Source: an uncultured Nitrospiraceae bacterium (lineage in GTDB: Bacteria; Nitrospirota; Nitrospiria; Nitrospirales; Nitrospiraceae). Taken from it: a DNA stretch of 64,000 nucleotides. A model generated the notes under the pieces. That model was not told where the DNA came from. It saw nothing but the letters and a program-made list of their open reading frames with translations, and searched no databases. The stretch is taken from the NCBI GenBank assembly GCA_963706325.1, contig CAVPLT010000004.1, forward strand, positions 736,001-800,000, read 5' to 3'. The position numbers and the translations under genes were made by a program. Positions 20,282-30,713 of this stretch are shown here, one piece after another (position 1 is the first letter of the stretch; every line of letters begins with the position of its first letter).

Positions 20282-23002
20282 GTGAAATTCTCGCTCAATA
20301 ATCAGGTTCTGTCGGCCACGGCGGGCGATACGATTTATGAGGCGGCAAAGAGGGCCGGTATTACGATTCCCGGGCTCTGTGCCTCGGACCACTTACATCC
20401 CTTCGGGTCCTGCCGGCTTTGCCTCTGCGAGGTTGAGGGCCAGGGCGGGCATGCCTGCTTCCTGCACCACGCCCGTCCGTGAGGGAATGGTGGTCCATAC
20501 GGAAAGCGAACGACTGCATCGGCTCAGGCGGAATATCGTCGAACTGTATTTGTCGGAACAACCTCATGGGGACCGAGCGCCGGAAGTGTTGCAGCGGTTG
20601 GCCAAGGCGTTGGGGCTCAGAGCAGGTGCGGTATCCGCAGCCCTCCCAGAGACTGGATGTCGTCGATCGCTCCAACCCGTTTTTTACCTTCGACAATGCG
20701 GTCTGTATTTCCTGCGCGCGTTGCGTCCGGGCCTGTGATGAAATCCAAGGCACCCATGCACTGACGATGCTCAATCGGGGATTTTCGGCGCGACCGGTGG
20801 CGGGCGCTGCGGCGTTGTCCGGCGATGCGGCCGGGTTTGCCTCTTCCAACTGCGTGTCCTGCGGAGCCTGCGTGAAGGAATGTCCGACCGGCGCGCTGAT
20901 GGAAAAGACCGTGATCGAGCAGGGGCCCCCTGAGCAGACCGTTCGCACGACCTGCGCCTATTGCGGCGTCGGGTGCACCTTCGAGGCCGGGGTGCGCGAC
21001 GGCAAGGTCGTGAAGATGGTCCCTGCGGATGATGGGCCATCGAATCAAGGCCATGCCTGCATGAAGGGACGGTTCGGCTGGACCTATAACGATGCGCCGG
21101 ACCGGTTACGTGCGCCTTTGCTCCGCCAGGGGAACGATTGGGTCGAAATTTCCTGGACTGCCGCGCTGGACCGGATCGCGCAGGAATGGTCGCGGATCAA
21201 GCAGACTCATGGGCCGGACGCGTTGGCGACGATTTCGTCGAGCCGCGGCACGAACGAAGAAAACTACCTGTTCGGAAAATTCATGCGCTGCGTCATCGGC
21301 AGCAACCATATCGACAACTGCGCGCGTGTCTGTCACAGCGCGACGGTGACAGGGATGATGGAAACAATTGGGGCGTCGGCTGCGACCAATTCCATTCATG
21401 ACCTGGACCTGGCGAAGCTGATCCTGGTGGTCGGGGCGAATCCCACCGAATCGCATCCCGTGGTCGGCGCGCGTATCAAGCAGGCGGTGCGGCGTGGCGT
21501 CCCGCTCATCGTGATCGACCCCCGGCGCACCGAGCTGGCCCGTTTGGCGGATCTGCACCTCCAATTGCATCCCGGCACCAATGTGGCGCTGTTAAACGGA
21601 CTTGGCCATGTGATCGCGAAGGAAGGGCTGGTCGATCAGGATTTTGTGCGCGCACGGACCGAGGGGTTCGAGGATTGGTTTAAGACGGTGGAGGACTGCA
21701 CGCCGGACCAGACGTCGCGACTCACAGGAGTGCCGGCCCATCTGATCTCCGAGGCGGCGCGTCTGTATGCCAAGAGCGGCGCGTCGATGGCTCTGCATGG
21801 CCTGGGGGTGACCGAACACCGGTGGGGAAGCCATGGGGTCATGGCGCTGGTAAATCTTGCGCTGGCCACGGGCAATATCGGAAAGCCGGGCACCGGGATC
21901 AATCCGTTGCGCGGCCAGAATAATGTCCAGGGCGCGTCCGATGTCGGATGCCTCCCGACATTTTTTGCCGGCTATCAATCCTTCGATGATCCTGAGCTCG
22001 CTGCCGCGCACCTGGCCATGACAGGTCGTCCGCTGCCTACGGCGCGCGGGATGAAGACTCCGGACATGTGGGATGCCGCGTTGGCCGGGACGATTGAAGA
22101 GCCTCTGGATCATCGGGTACGACGTGGCGCAGACGGACCCCAATTTGAACAAGGTCCATGAGGCGCTGAAGAATCTGGAGTTTCTCATCGTGCAGGATTT
22201 GTTTCTCAGCGAGACAGCCAAGATGGCGCATCTGGTCATTCCGGGCGCCTCGTTTCTGGAAAAGGACGGGACCTTCACCAATTTGGAGCGGCGCATCCAG
22301 CGCATCCGGAAAGCAGTCGAACCGCCGAACGGGGTTCTGCCGGATTGGCAAGTGGTCTGTGAAGTGTCCGCGCGGATGGGTTATCCCATGTGGTACGGGC
22401 ATCCCTCGGCCATTATGGATGAGATTGCGCAGCTGGCGCCGATGTTTGCCGGAGTGTCCTTCGATCGGCTGGAGGCGCCGGAGGGGTTGCAATGGCCGGT
22501 TCCCTCGAAGGACCATCCGGGCACCTCGTTGATGCATGAGCATTCGTTTCCGAAAGGCAAGGCGCATTTTGTGCCGGTGGACTATCTGCCGCCTGGCGAG
22601 TCGCCGAGCGAGGCCTATCCGTTCGTGCTCATCACCGGCCGTATTCTGCAGCACTACAACTGCGGCGCGCAGACGAGGCGGACGGACATCATGCAGGTGG
22701 TTGATACCGATGTGCTCGAGATGCATATCGTCGATGCGGCACGGTTGGGAATCACCGACGGCGAGATGGTCCGGCTCGTCAGCGCGCGCGGTGAAGCCAG
22801 ATTGCCCGTCATAGTCAGCGAGCGGGTGCAGCCCGGTGAACTGTTCACGAGTTTTCATTTTCCCGACACGGACCTTAACCGGTTGCTGTCCTCCAGTGCA
22901 GATGAGAGTTCCAAGTGCCCGGAATACAAAGTCTCGACCGTACGGGTGGAAAAACTTGCGGCGGCGCCTCCCGTCCCCATACATGTGATGCTGATCACAT
23001 GA
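20282..23002 (+). pseudogene. fdsA: Formate dehydrogenase alpha subunit (Mo-bisPGD, Cys ligand), three +1 frameshifts here (~20450, ~20619, ~22088)
   Basis: 2Fe-2S GSCRLC; 4Fe-4S CISCARCVRAC, CVSCGACVKECP and TCAYCGVGC; active site NCARVCH; LRGQNNVQG; EKDGTFTN; C-terminal CPEYK. Confidence 0.9.
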
Positions 23003-23841
23003 CAGCAGAGCCCTCCACCCCTGCAACCACTGCTGTGTCCGATGCGTACCCGCCGCCTGAGATCGCGGCGCGTGTCTGCAAAGTAGGGCTGGCGAAGGTA
23101 ACCACGCCTGTGTCGACGATGATCGCCTTGGCCGTCCTGGCAGGCGCGTTCATTTCGCTGGGCGCGCTCTTTTACATCGTCACGATGACGACCGGGAAGA
23201 ACGGCCCGCCGTTCCCGTTCGGATTGCTACGCGTGGCCGGCGGTATAACGTTCAGCCTGGGGCTGGTGTTGGTGGTCGTCGGGGGTGCTGAACTCTTTAC
23301 CGGGAATAACCTCATAGCGATGGCCTGGGCCGTCGGCTGTGTTCAGACCCGACAAGTGGTCAGGAATTGGATCTGGGTCTATCTCGGTAACCTGCTGGGG
23401 GCAGTCGGGACGGCCGTCCTCGTATTATTGGCAGGTGTGCACACGCTTGGAGACGGGGCCGTCGGGGAGACGATGGTCCAGATCGCGCGCAGCAAGATCG
23501 CGCTTGACCCGGTTTCGGCGTTTGCCCGCGGCATCTTGTGCAATGTGCTGGTCTGTCTCGCGGTGTGGTTGTGTATGGGGGCGCGGAGCGTGGCGGACAA
23601 AATTCTCGCCATTGTCTTCCCGATCACGGCGTTCGTCGCCTGTGGCTTCGAGCATTCCGTGGCCAACATGTTCTTTCTTCCCGTGGGGATTGTATTGGCG
23701 GGCGGTGGGCCAGATCCGCTTTCGGTCGTGGGAGCGGTGAGCAACCTCCTGTTGGTGACCATTGGCAACATCATCGGCGGGACGCTGCTGGTGGCGTGGG
23801 TGTATTGGTTCGTATATCTCCGGACGGATCCTGCCTCCTAA
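22999..23841 (+). CDS. focA: Formate/nitrite transporter (FocA type)
   Basis: LAGAFI, GAELFTGN, GILCNVLVCLAVW and FEHSVANM; ATGA overlap with fdsA. Confidence 0.9.
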   Translation: MTAEPSTPATTAVSDAYPPPEIAARVCKVGLAKVTTPVSTMIALAVLAGAFISLGALFYIVTMTTGKNGPPFPFGLLRVAGGITFSLGLVLVVVGGAELFTGNNLIAMAWAVGCVQTRQVVRNWIWVYLGNLLGAVGTAVLVLLAGVHTLGDGAVGETMVQIARSKIALDPVSAFARGILCNVLVCLAVWLCMGARSVADKILAIVFPITAFVACGFEHSVANMFFLPVGIVLAGGGPDPLSVVGAVSNLLLVTIGNIIGGTLLVAWVYWFVYLRTDPAS

Positions 23842-23933
23842 TTTTCTACCCACCTGATTCACGATTCTGATGCGCAGGAGAGGCGTGGCAGTGGTATGCT
23901 GCACATCGTGATCCCCCAGCCTCTGTCAGTCTG

Positions 23934-25199
23934 ATGAATAAAGCTACCTTGCGCGCCGTCCTGACTCCGCGGCTCGGCATCATGCTGCCCTTGGGGTTTG
24001 CCTCCGGGTTGCCGCTGGCTCTCACGGGTGGAACTCTGCAGGCGTGGCTGACGGAAGCGGGGCTGGATCTCACGACCATCGGGCTTTTCGCCTATGTCGG
24101 GCTTCCCTATACCTTGAAATTTCTCTGGGCCCCGGTGATGGACCGGATCGTCCCGCCCTGGCTCGGTCACCGCCGTGGGTGGATGATCGTCACGCAAACC
24201 GGTCTCGCGCTGGCCCTCACCTTGATGGCGTTCATCGGTCCTAGCGCCGGCGCACAGATCTTTGCGGCGCTGGCGCTGGGTGTGGCCTTTCTCTCCGCCT
24301 CGCAGGATATCGTCTTCGACGCCTATCGGACTGATTTGCTGAAACCGGATGAGCGAGGATTGGGGGCTGCCACTTGGGTGATGGGTTATCGCATCGCAAT
24401 GATTACCTCCGGCTCGCTGGCGTTGATCGTGGCGGCTCGCCTGGGGTGGTCCTCGGCCTATCTCTGCATGGCCGGGTTGATGCTGTTAGGCATTGTGACC
24501 ATCCTCATGATTCCCGAACCCGAAGCAGCGCGGGCCGCCCCGCAATCGATGAAGGAAGCGGTGTGGGGACCTCTCTCTGAATTTTCGTCGCGTCCGATGG
24601 CCGGGGCACTGCTGGGATTGATCGTCCTCTACAAATTGGGTGATGCCTTTGCGGGCACGCTCACGACCTCCTTCTTGCTGCGCGGGATACAGTTTTCTTC
24701 TGAGGACATCGGGGTGGTGCGGGCATTCGGCATCGGGGCGACCATTCTCGGTGCATTTATTGGCGGCGGCCTGATGCCGCAATTGGGACTCTTCCGTTCG
24801 CTAATGGTATTCGGAGTGTTTCAGGCGTTGTCGAACCTGTCATTTTTGTGGCTGGCTTGGGCGGGGAAGAGCTATGCCATTATGGCGTTTACCGTGGGAG
24901 TCGAGAATCTGACAGGTGGCATGGGCACGGCGGCGTTTGTGGCGCTCGTCATGTCGCTCTGCAACCACCGTTATACGGCGACTCAGTTTGCTCTGCTCTC
25001 TTCAGTCGAAGCCCTCGGCCGCGTATTCCTCGGCTGGCCGGCTGCCAAGCTTGTGGGGCTGGCAGGGTGGGGGGCCTTTTTCTTTGTCACGTTTCTCGCC
25101 GCGCTACCAGGGCTGTGGCTATTGTGGGTGCTCCGGAAGCCGGTGACGCAGCATGCGGAACTGAGCGAGGGCCGGAGCGAGGCGAGCCTGTCTTGCTGA
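23934..25199 (+). CDS. ampG: AmpG family muropeptide MFS permease
   Basis: GFASGLPLAL, KFLWAP, SASQDIVFDAYR, YKLGDAF and TATQFALLSS. Confidence 0.92.
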   Translation: MNKATLRAVLTPRLGIMLPLGFASGLPLALTGGTLQAWLTEAGLDLTTIGLFAYVGLPYTLKFLWAPVMDRIVPPWLGHRRGWMIVTQTGLALALTLMAFIGPSAGAQIFAALALGVAFLSASQDIVFDAYRTDLLKPDERGLGAATWVMGYRIAMITSGSLALIVAARLGWSSAYLCMAGLMLLGIVTILMIPEPEAARAAPQSMKEAVWGPLSEFSSRPMAGALLGLIVLYKLGDAFAGTLTTSFLLRGIQFSSEDIGVVRAFGIGATILGAFIGGGLMPQLGLFRSLMVFGVFQALSNLSFLWLAWAGKSYAIMAFTVGVENLTGGMGTAAFVALVMSLCNHRYTATQFALLSSVEALGRVFLGWPAAKLVGLAGWGAFFFVTFLAALPGLWLLWVLRKPVTQHAELSEGRSEASLSC

Positions 25200-25307
25200 A
25201 AGCGTTGGAATCGGGCAATCAGAAATCAGACTCAATAGTCTACTGGACGGCGTCACCGTCATCCGTTGAGTGGGGTAGCTCGATGTGTGATCAGGCCAGC
25301 ACAATCT

Positions 25308-25430
25308 CAGGATGCTCAAACAGGCTGTGCAGCAAGGCCGCAGGGAATGAAGGGCCGAGCCGTACCCTTGGTGTACGTTGAGGGGCGGAATGAGGTGAGA
25401 ACGCCGTTGGCAGGCTGTTTCAGCATCCTG
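25308..25430. mobile_element. MITE/REP-like interspersed element, short copy
   Basis: TIRs CAGGATGCTCAAACAG...CTGTTTCAGCATCCTG; homologous to 13411-13637. Confidence 0.7.
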
Positions 25431-25724
25431 CTATGACTTCACCTTCTTCTGCAGAAATAGAATGAACAGCATGAGAGTGGGTAGTGGAGCCAGTGCAAAG
25501 GGTGCCAGCCAGACCAGCACGTTTTTCCCCCGCACGCGGGCCTGATCGAACATCCAGATAAAGATCCATATGAGGAGGCCGATGTAATTCACGGCCATCC
25601 AGCGGGTGGTATGGATCTTCAGGCTGCTGATGGTTTCCGGTTCGCCCTGGATGAAAAAGATTCCGATGAGGAGCACGAAGGCTCCCAGGAGTCCGGCAAC
25701 CAGGCGTTTACTCCACACGAACAT
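25431..25724 (-). CDS. Small membrane protein (3 TM)
   Basis: Hydrophobic ORF with GGAG-type RBS. Confidence 0.7.
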   Translation of the reverse strand: MFVWSKRLVAGLLGAFVLLIGIFFIQGEPETISSLKIHTTRWMAVNYIGLLIWIFIWMFDQARVRGKNVLVWLAPFALAPLPTLMLFILFLQKKVKS

Positions 25725-25886
25725 AGGATCTCCTTCCGCTGAGCGGAGAACCGCTCAGACTCAACAACCGGGGTTTAATTTCGACGAAATCGGGCGTAAG
25801 CTAAACAGGCTGAGGGCATTTGTCAAACCTCTGGAGGTGCGTCTTCGCATCGATCCTGAGCGGAGTCCTCCTGGTCCAGGTGAGAA

Positions 25887-26258
25887 ATGAGCACGTTGAA
25901 GTTGGCTGGGTTGGTGGCTGGGTTGGTGATGGCCGTGGGATTGGCCGCAACCAATCCCACGATGGACGGCTATGTTCGCTTCGTCGAGGCGCGACTGACG
26001 GCTGAGATCGATAAAATGGACAGAACTGCTTCCCGAGCCGACCAGGAACTCATTCTGAAAATGTTTCGCGCCCAGGGCAGCAAGTTGGTCGAGGGGTTAG
26101 TGCGCCCCAAGACCACGAGGAGCAATTGGGGCTTACTGAGTCTGTTTGAAACGAATGTGCTGGAGGAATCCGTCCTGGTCCTTGGGGTGGCCGGGCAATT
26201 CATTCCCTTGCGGGGGGTGGAGGCGGCGACGTTAAAGGTCGGCCGACTGGCTTTTTAG
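25887..26258 (+). CDS. DUF4359-like protein
   Basis: N-terminal hydrophobic segment, then TNP..Y, R.NWGLLSLF and GVAGQFIP pattern. Confidence 0.7.
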   Translation: MSTLKLAGLVAGLVMAVGLAATNPTMDGYVRFVEARLTAEIDKMDRTASRADQELILKMFRAQGSKLVEGLVRPKTTRSNWGLLSLFETNVLEESVLVLGVAGQFIPLRGVEAATLKVGRLAF

Positions 26259-26319
26259 CCTCTGGTGAAAACTTTCTCGCGCCCTGTAAAAAATACCCCT
26301 GTTTGGAAGCCCATGGTAC

Positions 26320-26403
26320 TGTGGATAACCGGCTCAAAACCAGCCTCAAACCAGCCCCAAATCTGGGTCCGCAGCTATCACCAGCTTATCCCCATTACTC
26401 ACA
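26320..26403. promoter_or_regulatory. Cluster of DnaA-box-like sites upstream of nrdJ
   Basis: Perfect TGTGGATAA (26320-26328), TTATCCCCA (26386-26394) and TTACTCACA (26395-26403). Confidence 0.55.
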
Positions 26404-26409
26404 GGTGTG

Positions 26410-26456
26410 CCACAACATTTTGTTTGACAAAAAAAGGCGATCACTATATCTAGTGG
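26410..26456 (+). promoter_or_regulatory. Tandem NrdR boxes overlapping a sigma70-like promoter
   Basis: CCACAACATTTTGTTT (26410) and TCACTATATCTAGTGG (26441), 31 bp apart; TTGACA at 26424-26429. Confidence 0.75.
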
Positions 26457-26592
26457 GTATGTGCGGGTTGCATGAGAATTCGGCAAGGATTTAGATCGCA
26501 AGACAGTGCTCCTTTTTCCGCTTAGTTCCAGCTTATCACTGCCGCCTGTCGTTGATGTCATTTGTTAGCTATCAGTTTGAAGGAGGAAACCA

Positions 26593-29500
26593 GTGAGGAT
26601 TGAACGAAGATTCACCAAACGTGGGCAGAGCCCTTATGAGGGTCTTACGTTCGTACAACGTTCCTCGGAGATCCGGAATCCAGATGGATCGACGGTTTTC
26701 AAATTAGACCATATCGCTGTGCCGGAGCATTGGACCCAACTGGCGATCGACATTTTGGCCCAAAAATACTTCCGGAAGGCCGGAGTGCCACAGGTGCACG
26801 AGGACGGAACACCGGTCGTGGATGCCGCCGGCAAGCCGGTGCTGGGATCTGAGCGCGACGCCCGGCAGGTGTTCGATCGATTAGCCGGCTGTTGGACCTT
26901 TTGGGGGAAAAATCACGGCTACTTTAAGACGGCGGAAGATGCGACCGCCTTCCACGACGAGATGTGCTACATGCTGGCCTATCAAATGGCCGCCCCCAAT
27001 AGTCCTCAGTGGTTCAATACGGGATTGCACTATGCCTATGGACTGTCGGGGCCGGCACAGGGCCACTTTTATGTCGATCCCAAGCTGGGAGAGGTCGTCA
27101 GGGCGTCCAACGCCTTCGAACATCCGCAGCCCCACGCCTGTTTCATCCAATCGATTGAAGACGACCTCGTTAATGAGAACGGCATCATGGATCTCTGGGT
27201 GCGTGAGGCGCGGCTCTTCAAATACGGATCCGGGACTGGCACTAATTTCTCGCGATTGCGCGGTGATGGAGAATCTTTGTCAGGCGGCGGCCGGTCATCC
27301 GGTCTCATGTCGTTCCTGAAGATCGGCGATCGGGCTGCCGGCGCGATCAAGTCCGGAGGTACGACCAGGCGAGCGGCGAAGATGGTCTGCCTGGACCTTG
27401 ACCATCCGGATATCGAAGAATTTATCGACTGGAAAGTCGTGGAGGAGCAGAAGGTGGCGGCGATGGTCACCGGCTCCAAGGTCTGCGCCCAGCGCCTCAA
27501 TGCCGTGCTCAAGGCCTGCATGCTGGTTGATGCCCAAGGACTTGGCCATGTCGAATTGGATCTGAAGAAGAACCAGGTGCTGAAGGATGCCGTGACGGCG
27601 GCCCGTCGCGACATGGTGCCGGAAGCCTATATCCACCGCATGTTCGAGTACGCCGGTCAGGGCTATACGCATTTCGTGTTCCACGAGTACGACACGAATT
27701 GGGACGGCAAGGCCTATCAGACGGTCTCTGGACAAAACTCCAACAACAGCGTGCGTATTCCGAACGGGTTCTTTGACGTATTGGAACGAGACGGTGATTG
27801 GGAATTGCGGCGCCGGATCGACGGTAAGGTCAGCAAAACGGTCAAGGCGCGCGATCTCTGGGACAAGATCGCCTGGGCGGCCTGGATCTGCGCCGATCCC
27901 GGCACGCAGTACGATACGACTATCAATGAATGGCATACGTGCCCGGAAGACGGTCGGATCAACGCCTCCAATCCCTGCTCGGAATACATGTTCCTGGACG
28001 ATACGGCCTGCAATCTCGCCTCGCTCAACCTCTCCAAGTTTTTCAATATGGAGGGGGAGTTCGACCTGGATTCTTTCCGCCATGCGGTGCGCTTGTGGAC
28101 CGTCGCGCTGGAAATCAGCGTGTTGATGGCCTCATTCCCAAGCCGTCAAATTGCGCAGAAAAGTTACGAGTTCCGAACCCTCGGCCTGGGCTATGCCAAC
28201 CTCGGCACCATTCTCATGAAGCAAAGCATTCCCTACGATTCGCCGAAAGCCGTGGCGATTTGCGGCGCGATCACGGCGATCATGACGGGCGAGTCGTACG
28301 CGACCTCAGCGGAGATGTCGGCGGAGATCGGCCCATTCCCCGGTTACAACAAGAATCGGGAGTCGATGCTGCGGGTCATTCGAAACCACCGGCGAGCGGC
28401 CTACAGTGCCGCACATGAGGAGTATGAAGGTCTCACGATCTTGCCGACGTCGATCCAGCCGGAGCAGTGCCCGCCGGCCATGCTGCTCGCGGCCAGACGC
28501 GCCTGGGATCGGGCGCTGGAATTGGGCGCGGCCTATGGATTCCGCAACGCGCAGGTGACGGTGATCGCGCCGACCGGCACGATCGGTCTGGTGATGGATT
28601 GTGATACGACCGGCATTGAGCCGGATTTCGCCCTGGTCAAGTTCAAGAAACTGGCGGGCGGCGGCTACTTCAAGATCATCAATCAGAGCCTGCCGCCGGC
28701 GCTGGCGGCATTGGGGTACACCGATGCGCAGATACAGGACATCGGCGCCTATTGCGCGGGCCATCAGACCTTGAAAGGCGCGCCCTTCATCAATCACGAA
28801 GTGCTGCGTCAAAAGGGATTTGATGATGCGGAGCTGGAACGGCTGGAGAGTTCGTTGGCGCAGGCGTTCGAGATTCAGTTTGTCTTCAATAAGTTTACGC
28901 TCGGTGATGAGTTCTGCCGCGAGAAACTGGGGATCAGCGATGCCCAACTGGCCGACCCGACCTTCAACATGCTGAAGACCTTGGGCTTCACGCAGGAGGA
29001 AGTCGCGGCAGCGAACGACTATTGCTGCGGCACTATGACCGTCGAGGGCGCGCCCCATCTCAAGGCGGAACACTTGCCGATTTTCGATTGCGCCAATCGC
29101 TGCGGTCGGATCGGGCAACGGTATATTGCCGTCGATGCGCATATCCGCATGATGGCGGCCGCCCAGCCCTTTATCAGCGGCGCCATCAGCAAGACCATCA
29201 ATATGCCGGCGGATGCCTCGTTGGATGATGTCAAAGCGGCCTATCTCTTCGCCTGGAAGAGCATGGTTAAGGCGGTCGCGCTCTATCGCGATGGATCGAA
29301 ATTGAGCCAACCGTTGAACGCGTCCTCGGACAGCGGAAAAGGCGAAGAGGCGGCGCCCAACGTCATGTCCGTGGCCGAAAAGGTGGCCGAGCGCGTGCTG
29401 GTGCGGTATCTCCATAAGCGGCGGTCGTTGCCGTCGCGCCGTAGCGGGTACACGCAGAAGGCCATCATCGGGGGACACAAGCTGTACCTCCGCACCGGTG

Positions 29501-30135
29501 AATACGAGGACGGCACGCTTGGAGAAATTTTCCTGGACATGCATAAGGAAGGAGCGGCCTTCCGCAGTTTGATGAACAATTTCGCGATCGCCATTTCACT
29601 CGGTTTGCAGCATGGCGTGCCGCTGGAGGAATTCGTCGAGGCCTTTGTGTTTACGCGGTTCGAGCCCAACGGACCGGTGAAACTGAACGATCGTATCAAG
29701 ATGGCCACGTCGATCATCGACTATATCTTCCGTGAACTCGCGATCACCTATCTGGAGCGGGCCGATTTGGCGCAGGTGCGGGAAGAAGATCTGCGTATGG
29801 ATTCCATGAAGAAGGACGAACAGGATCCCGAATGTGTGGAAGAAGAGGCGGACATGACCGCTTTGTCGAAATCGTCGATCCTGACCGAGCATCTGCCTGT
29901 GCGGCGGAACGGAATGAACGGCGGGAACGGGCATGGCCACAGGGCGGGAAACGGCAGCGTGGCCCATAAAGTGGAACTGAAGCGCGAAACGTTGACCGTG
30001 ACCGCAGTGCTTAAGGAAGCCAAGGAAAAGGGCTACGAAGGCGATCCCTGCCAGAATTGCAAACAGTTCACGTTGGTCCGAAACGGAACCTGCTTGAAAT
30101 GCATGAGCTGCGGAGAGACAAGCGGCTGCTCGTAA
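26593..30135 (+). CDS. nrdJ: Class II (adenosylcobalamin-dependent) ribonucleotide reductase
   Basis: [33 protein letters not shown]-like region and C-terminal CxxC...CxxC; AGGAGG RBS. Confidence 0.96.
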   Translation: MRIERRFTKRGQSPYEGLTFVQRSSEIRNPDGSTVFKLDHIAVPEHWTQLAIDILAQKYFRKAGVPQVHEDGTPVVDAAGKPVLGSERDARQVFDRLAGCWTFWGKNHGYFKTAEDATAFHDEMCYMLAYQMAAPNSPQWFNTGLHYAYGLSGPAQGHFYVDPKLGEVVRASNAFEHPQPHACFIQSIEDDLVNENGIMDLWVREARLFKYGSGTGTNFSRLRGDGESLSGGGRSSGLMSFLKIGDRAAGAIKSGGTTRRAAKMVCLDLDHPDIEEFIDWKVVEEQKVAAMVTGSKVCAQRLNAVLKACMLVDAQGLGHVELDLKKNQVLKDAVTAARRDMVPEAYIHRMFEYAGQGYTHFVFHEYDTNWDGKAYQTVSGQNSNNSVRIPNGFFDVLERDGDWELRRRIDGKVSKTVKARDLWDKIAWAAWICADPGTQYDTTINEWHTCPEDGRINASNPCSEYMFLDDTACNLASLNLSKFFNMEGEFDLDSFRHAVRLWTVALEISVLMASFPSRQIAQKSYEFRTLGLGYANLGTILMKQSIPYDSPKAVAICGAITAIMTGESYATSAEMSAEIGPFPGYNKNRESMLRVIRNHRRAAYSAAHEEYEGLTILPTSIQPEQCPPAMLLAARRAWDRALELGAAYGFRNAQVTVIAPTGTIGLVMDCDTTGIEPDFALVKFKKLAGGGYFKIINQSLPPALAALGYTDAQIQDIGAYCAGHQTLKGAPFINHEVLRQKGFDDAELERLESSLAQAFEIQFVFNKFTLGDEFCREKLGISDAQLADPTFNMLKTLGFTQEEVAAANDYCCGTMTVEGAPHLKAEHLPIFDCANRCGRIGQRYIAVDAHIRMMAAAQPFISGAISKTINMPADASLDDVKAAYLFAWKSMVKAVALYRDGSKLSQPLNASSDSGKGEEAAPNVMSVAEKVAERVLVRYLHKRRSLPSRRSGYTQKAIIGGHKLYLRTGEYEDGTLGEIFLDMHKEGAAFRSLMNNFAIAISLGLQHGVPLEEFVEAFVFTRFEPNGPVKLNDRIKMATSIIDYIFRELAITYLERADLAQVREEDLRMDSMKKDEQDPECVEEEADMTALSKSSILTEHLPVRRNGMNGGNGHGHRAGNGSVAHKVELKRETLTVTAVLKEAKEKGYEGDPCQNCKQFTLVRNGTCLKCMSCGETSGCS

Positions 30136-30183
30136 TAGGTGAACCTGATTTTAAGTCTCCGTTCTTGATAGGCAAGTGCTTTG

Positions 30184-30228
30184 AAAGAGAGGGGTGTTGC
30201 TATGCGCGGCACCCTCTCTTTGTATTTT
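30184..30228 (+). terminator. Putative intrinsic terminator after nrdJ
   Basis: AAAGAGAGGGGTG...CACCCTCTCTTT stem followed by a T-rich tract. Confidence 0.6.
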
Positions 30229-30713
30229 CGCATTACAAACGCCAGAATAGTGACGCAACCTTACATGTGCGGGATATTCTAGGGCGTTTTGGAAGTCTGA
30301 AAGTATTCTCTCATTTCTCTCCCATGTTGAGTTAAAGCCGAGCCGGTATCCGCTTAATGGCTGCTTTCTGATTCGCTCTGTTGTAAATTCGCTACGAGTA
30401 TGACCGCGGCGGCTTGGTGGGGGGCACGTACAACTTCAAAAGTTCACCTCTCACCTAAGCAATAGATAGCACCAGCCTTGGAAAGATGCTTTGTCGGGAG
30501 ACTGTTCTTCTTCTGCCTTCCGGCATTTGGACAGAAAGGTTTGGGTGAGTGAAAGGTCTCGGGATGTAGATGTAATTGTCTAACGACCCTTTTCGTGAAT
30601 TTAGACGGTGGTCCTCACCAGGGTTTCATCCAGGTCCCATCCGATCTCTCACAGAGTACCCTACCGGTAGTATCGCGAGCGGACTTCTATCTTTTTTATC
30701 CATGGAATGAACT

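Noticed and set aside
20282..23002. Selenocysteine or programmed frameshifting in fdsA
   Set aside because: The active site is Cys (NCARVCH), no in-frame TGA is present, and the shift sites share no slippery motif.
26300..26460. Replication origin at the DnaA boxes
   Set aside because: Only one perfect box, no clear AT-rich unwinding element, and no dnaA/dnaN/gidA nearby.
26457..26592. Cobalamin riboswitch upstream of nrdJ
   Set aside because: No B12-box or conserved GGGAA/GCCACTG elements are recognisable, and the leader is short.
28306..29544. Long antisense ORFs (also 8856-9776, 22037-23026, 43378-44445)
   Set aside because: Shadow frames of well-supported GC-rich genes on the other strand.
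26593..30135. Intein or intron in nrdJ
   Set aside because: No splice-junction or homing endonuclease motifs; the length fits long-form class II RNR.
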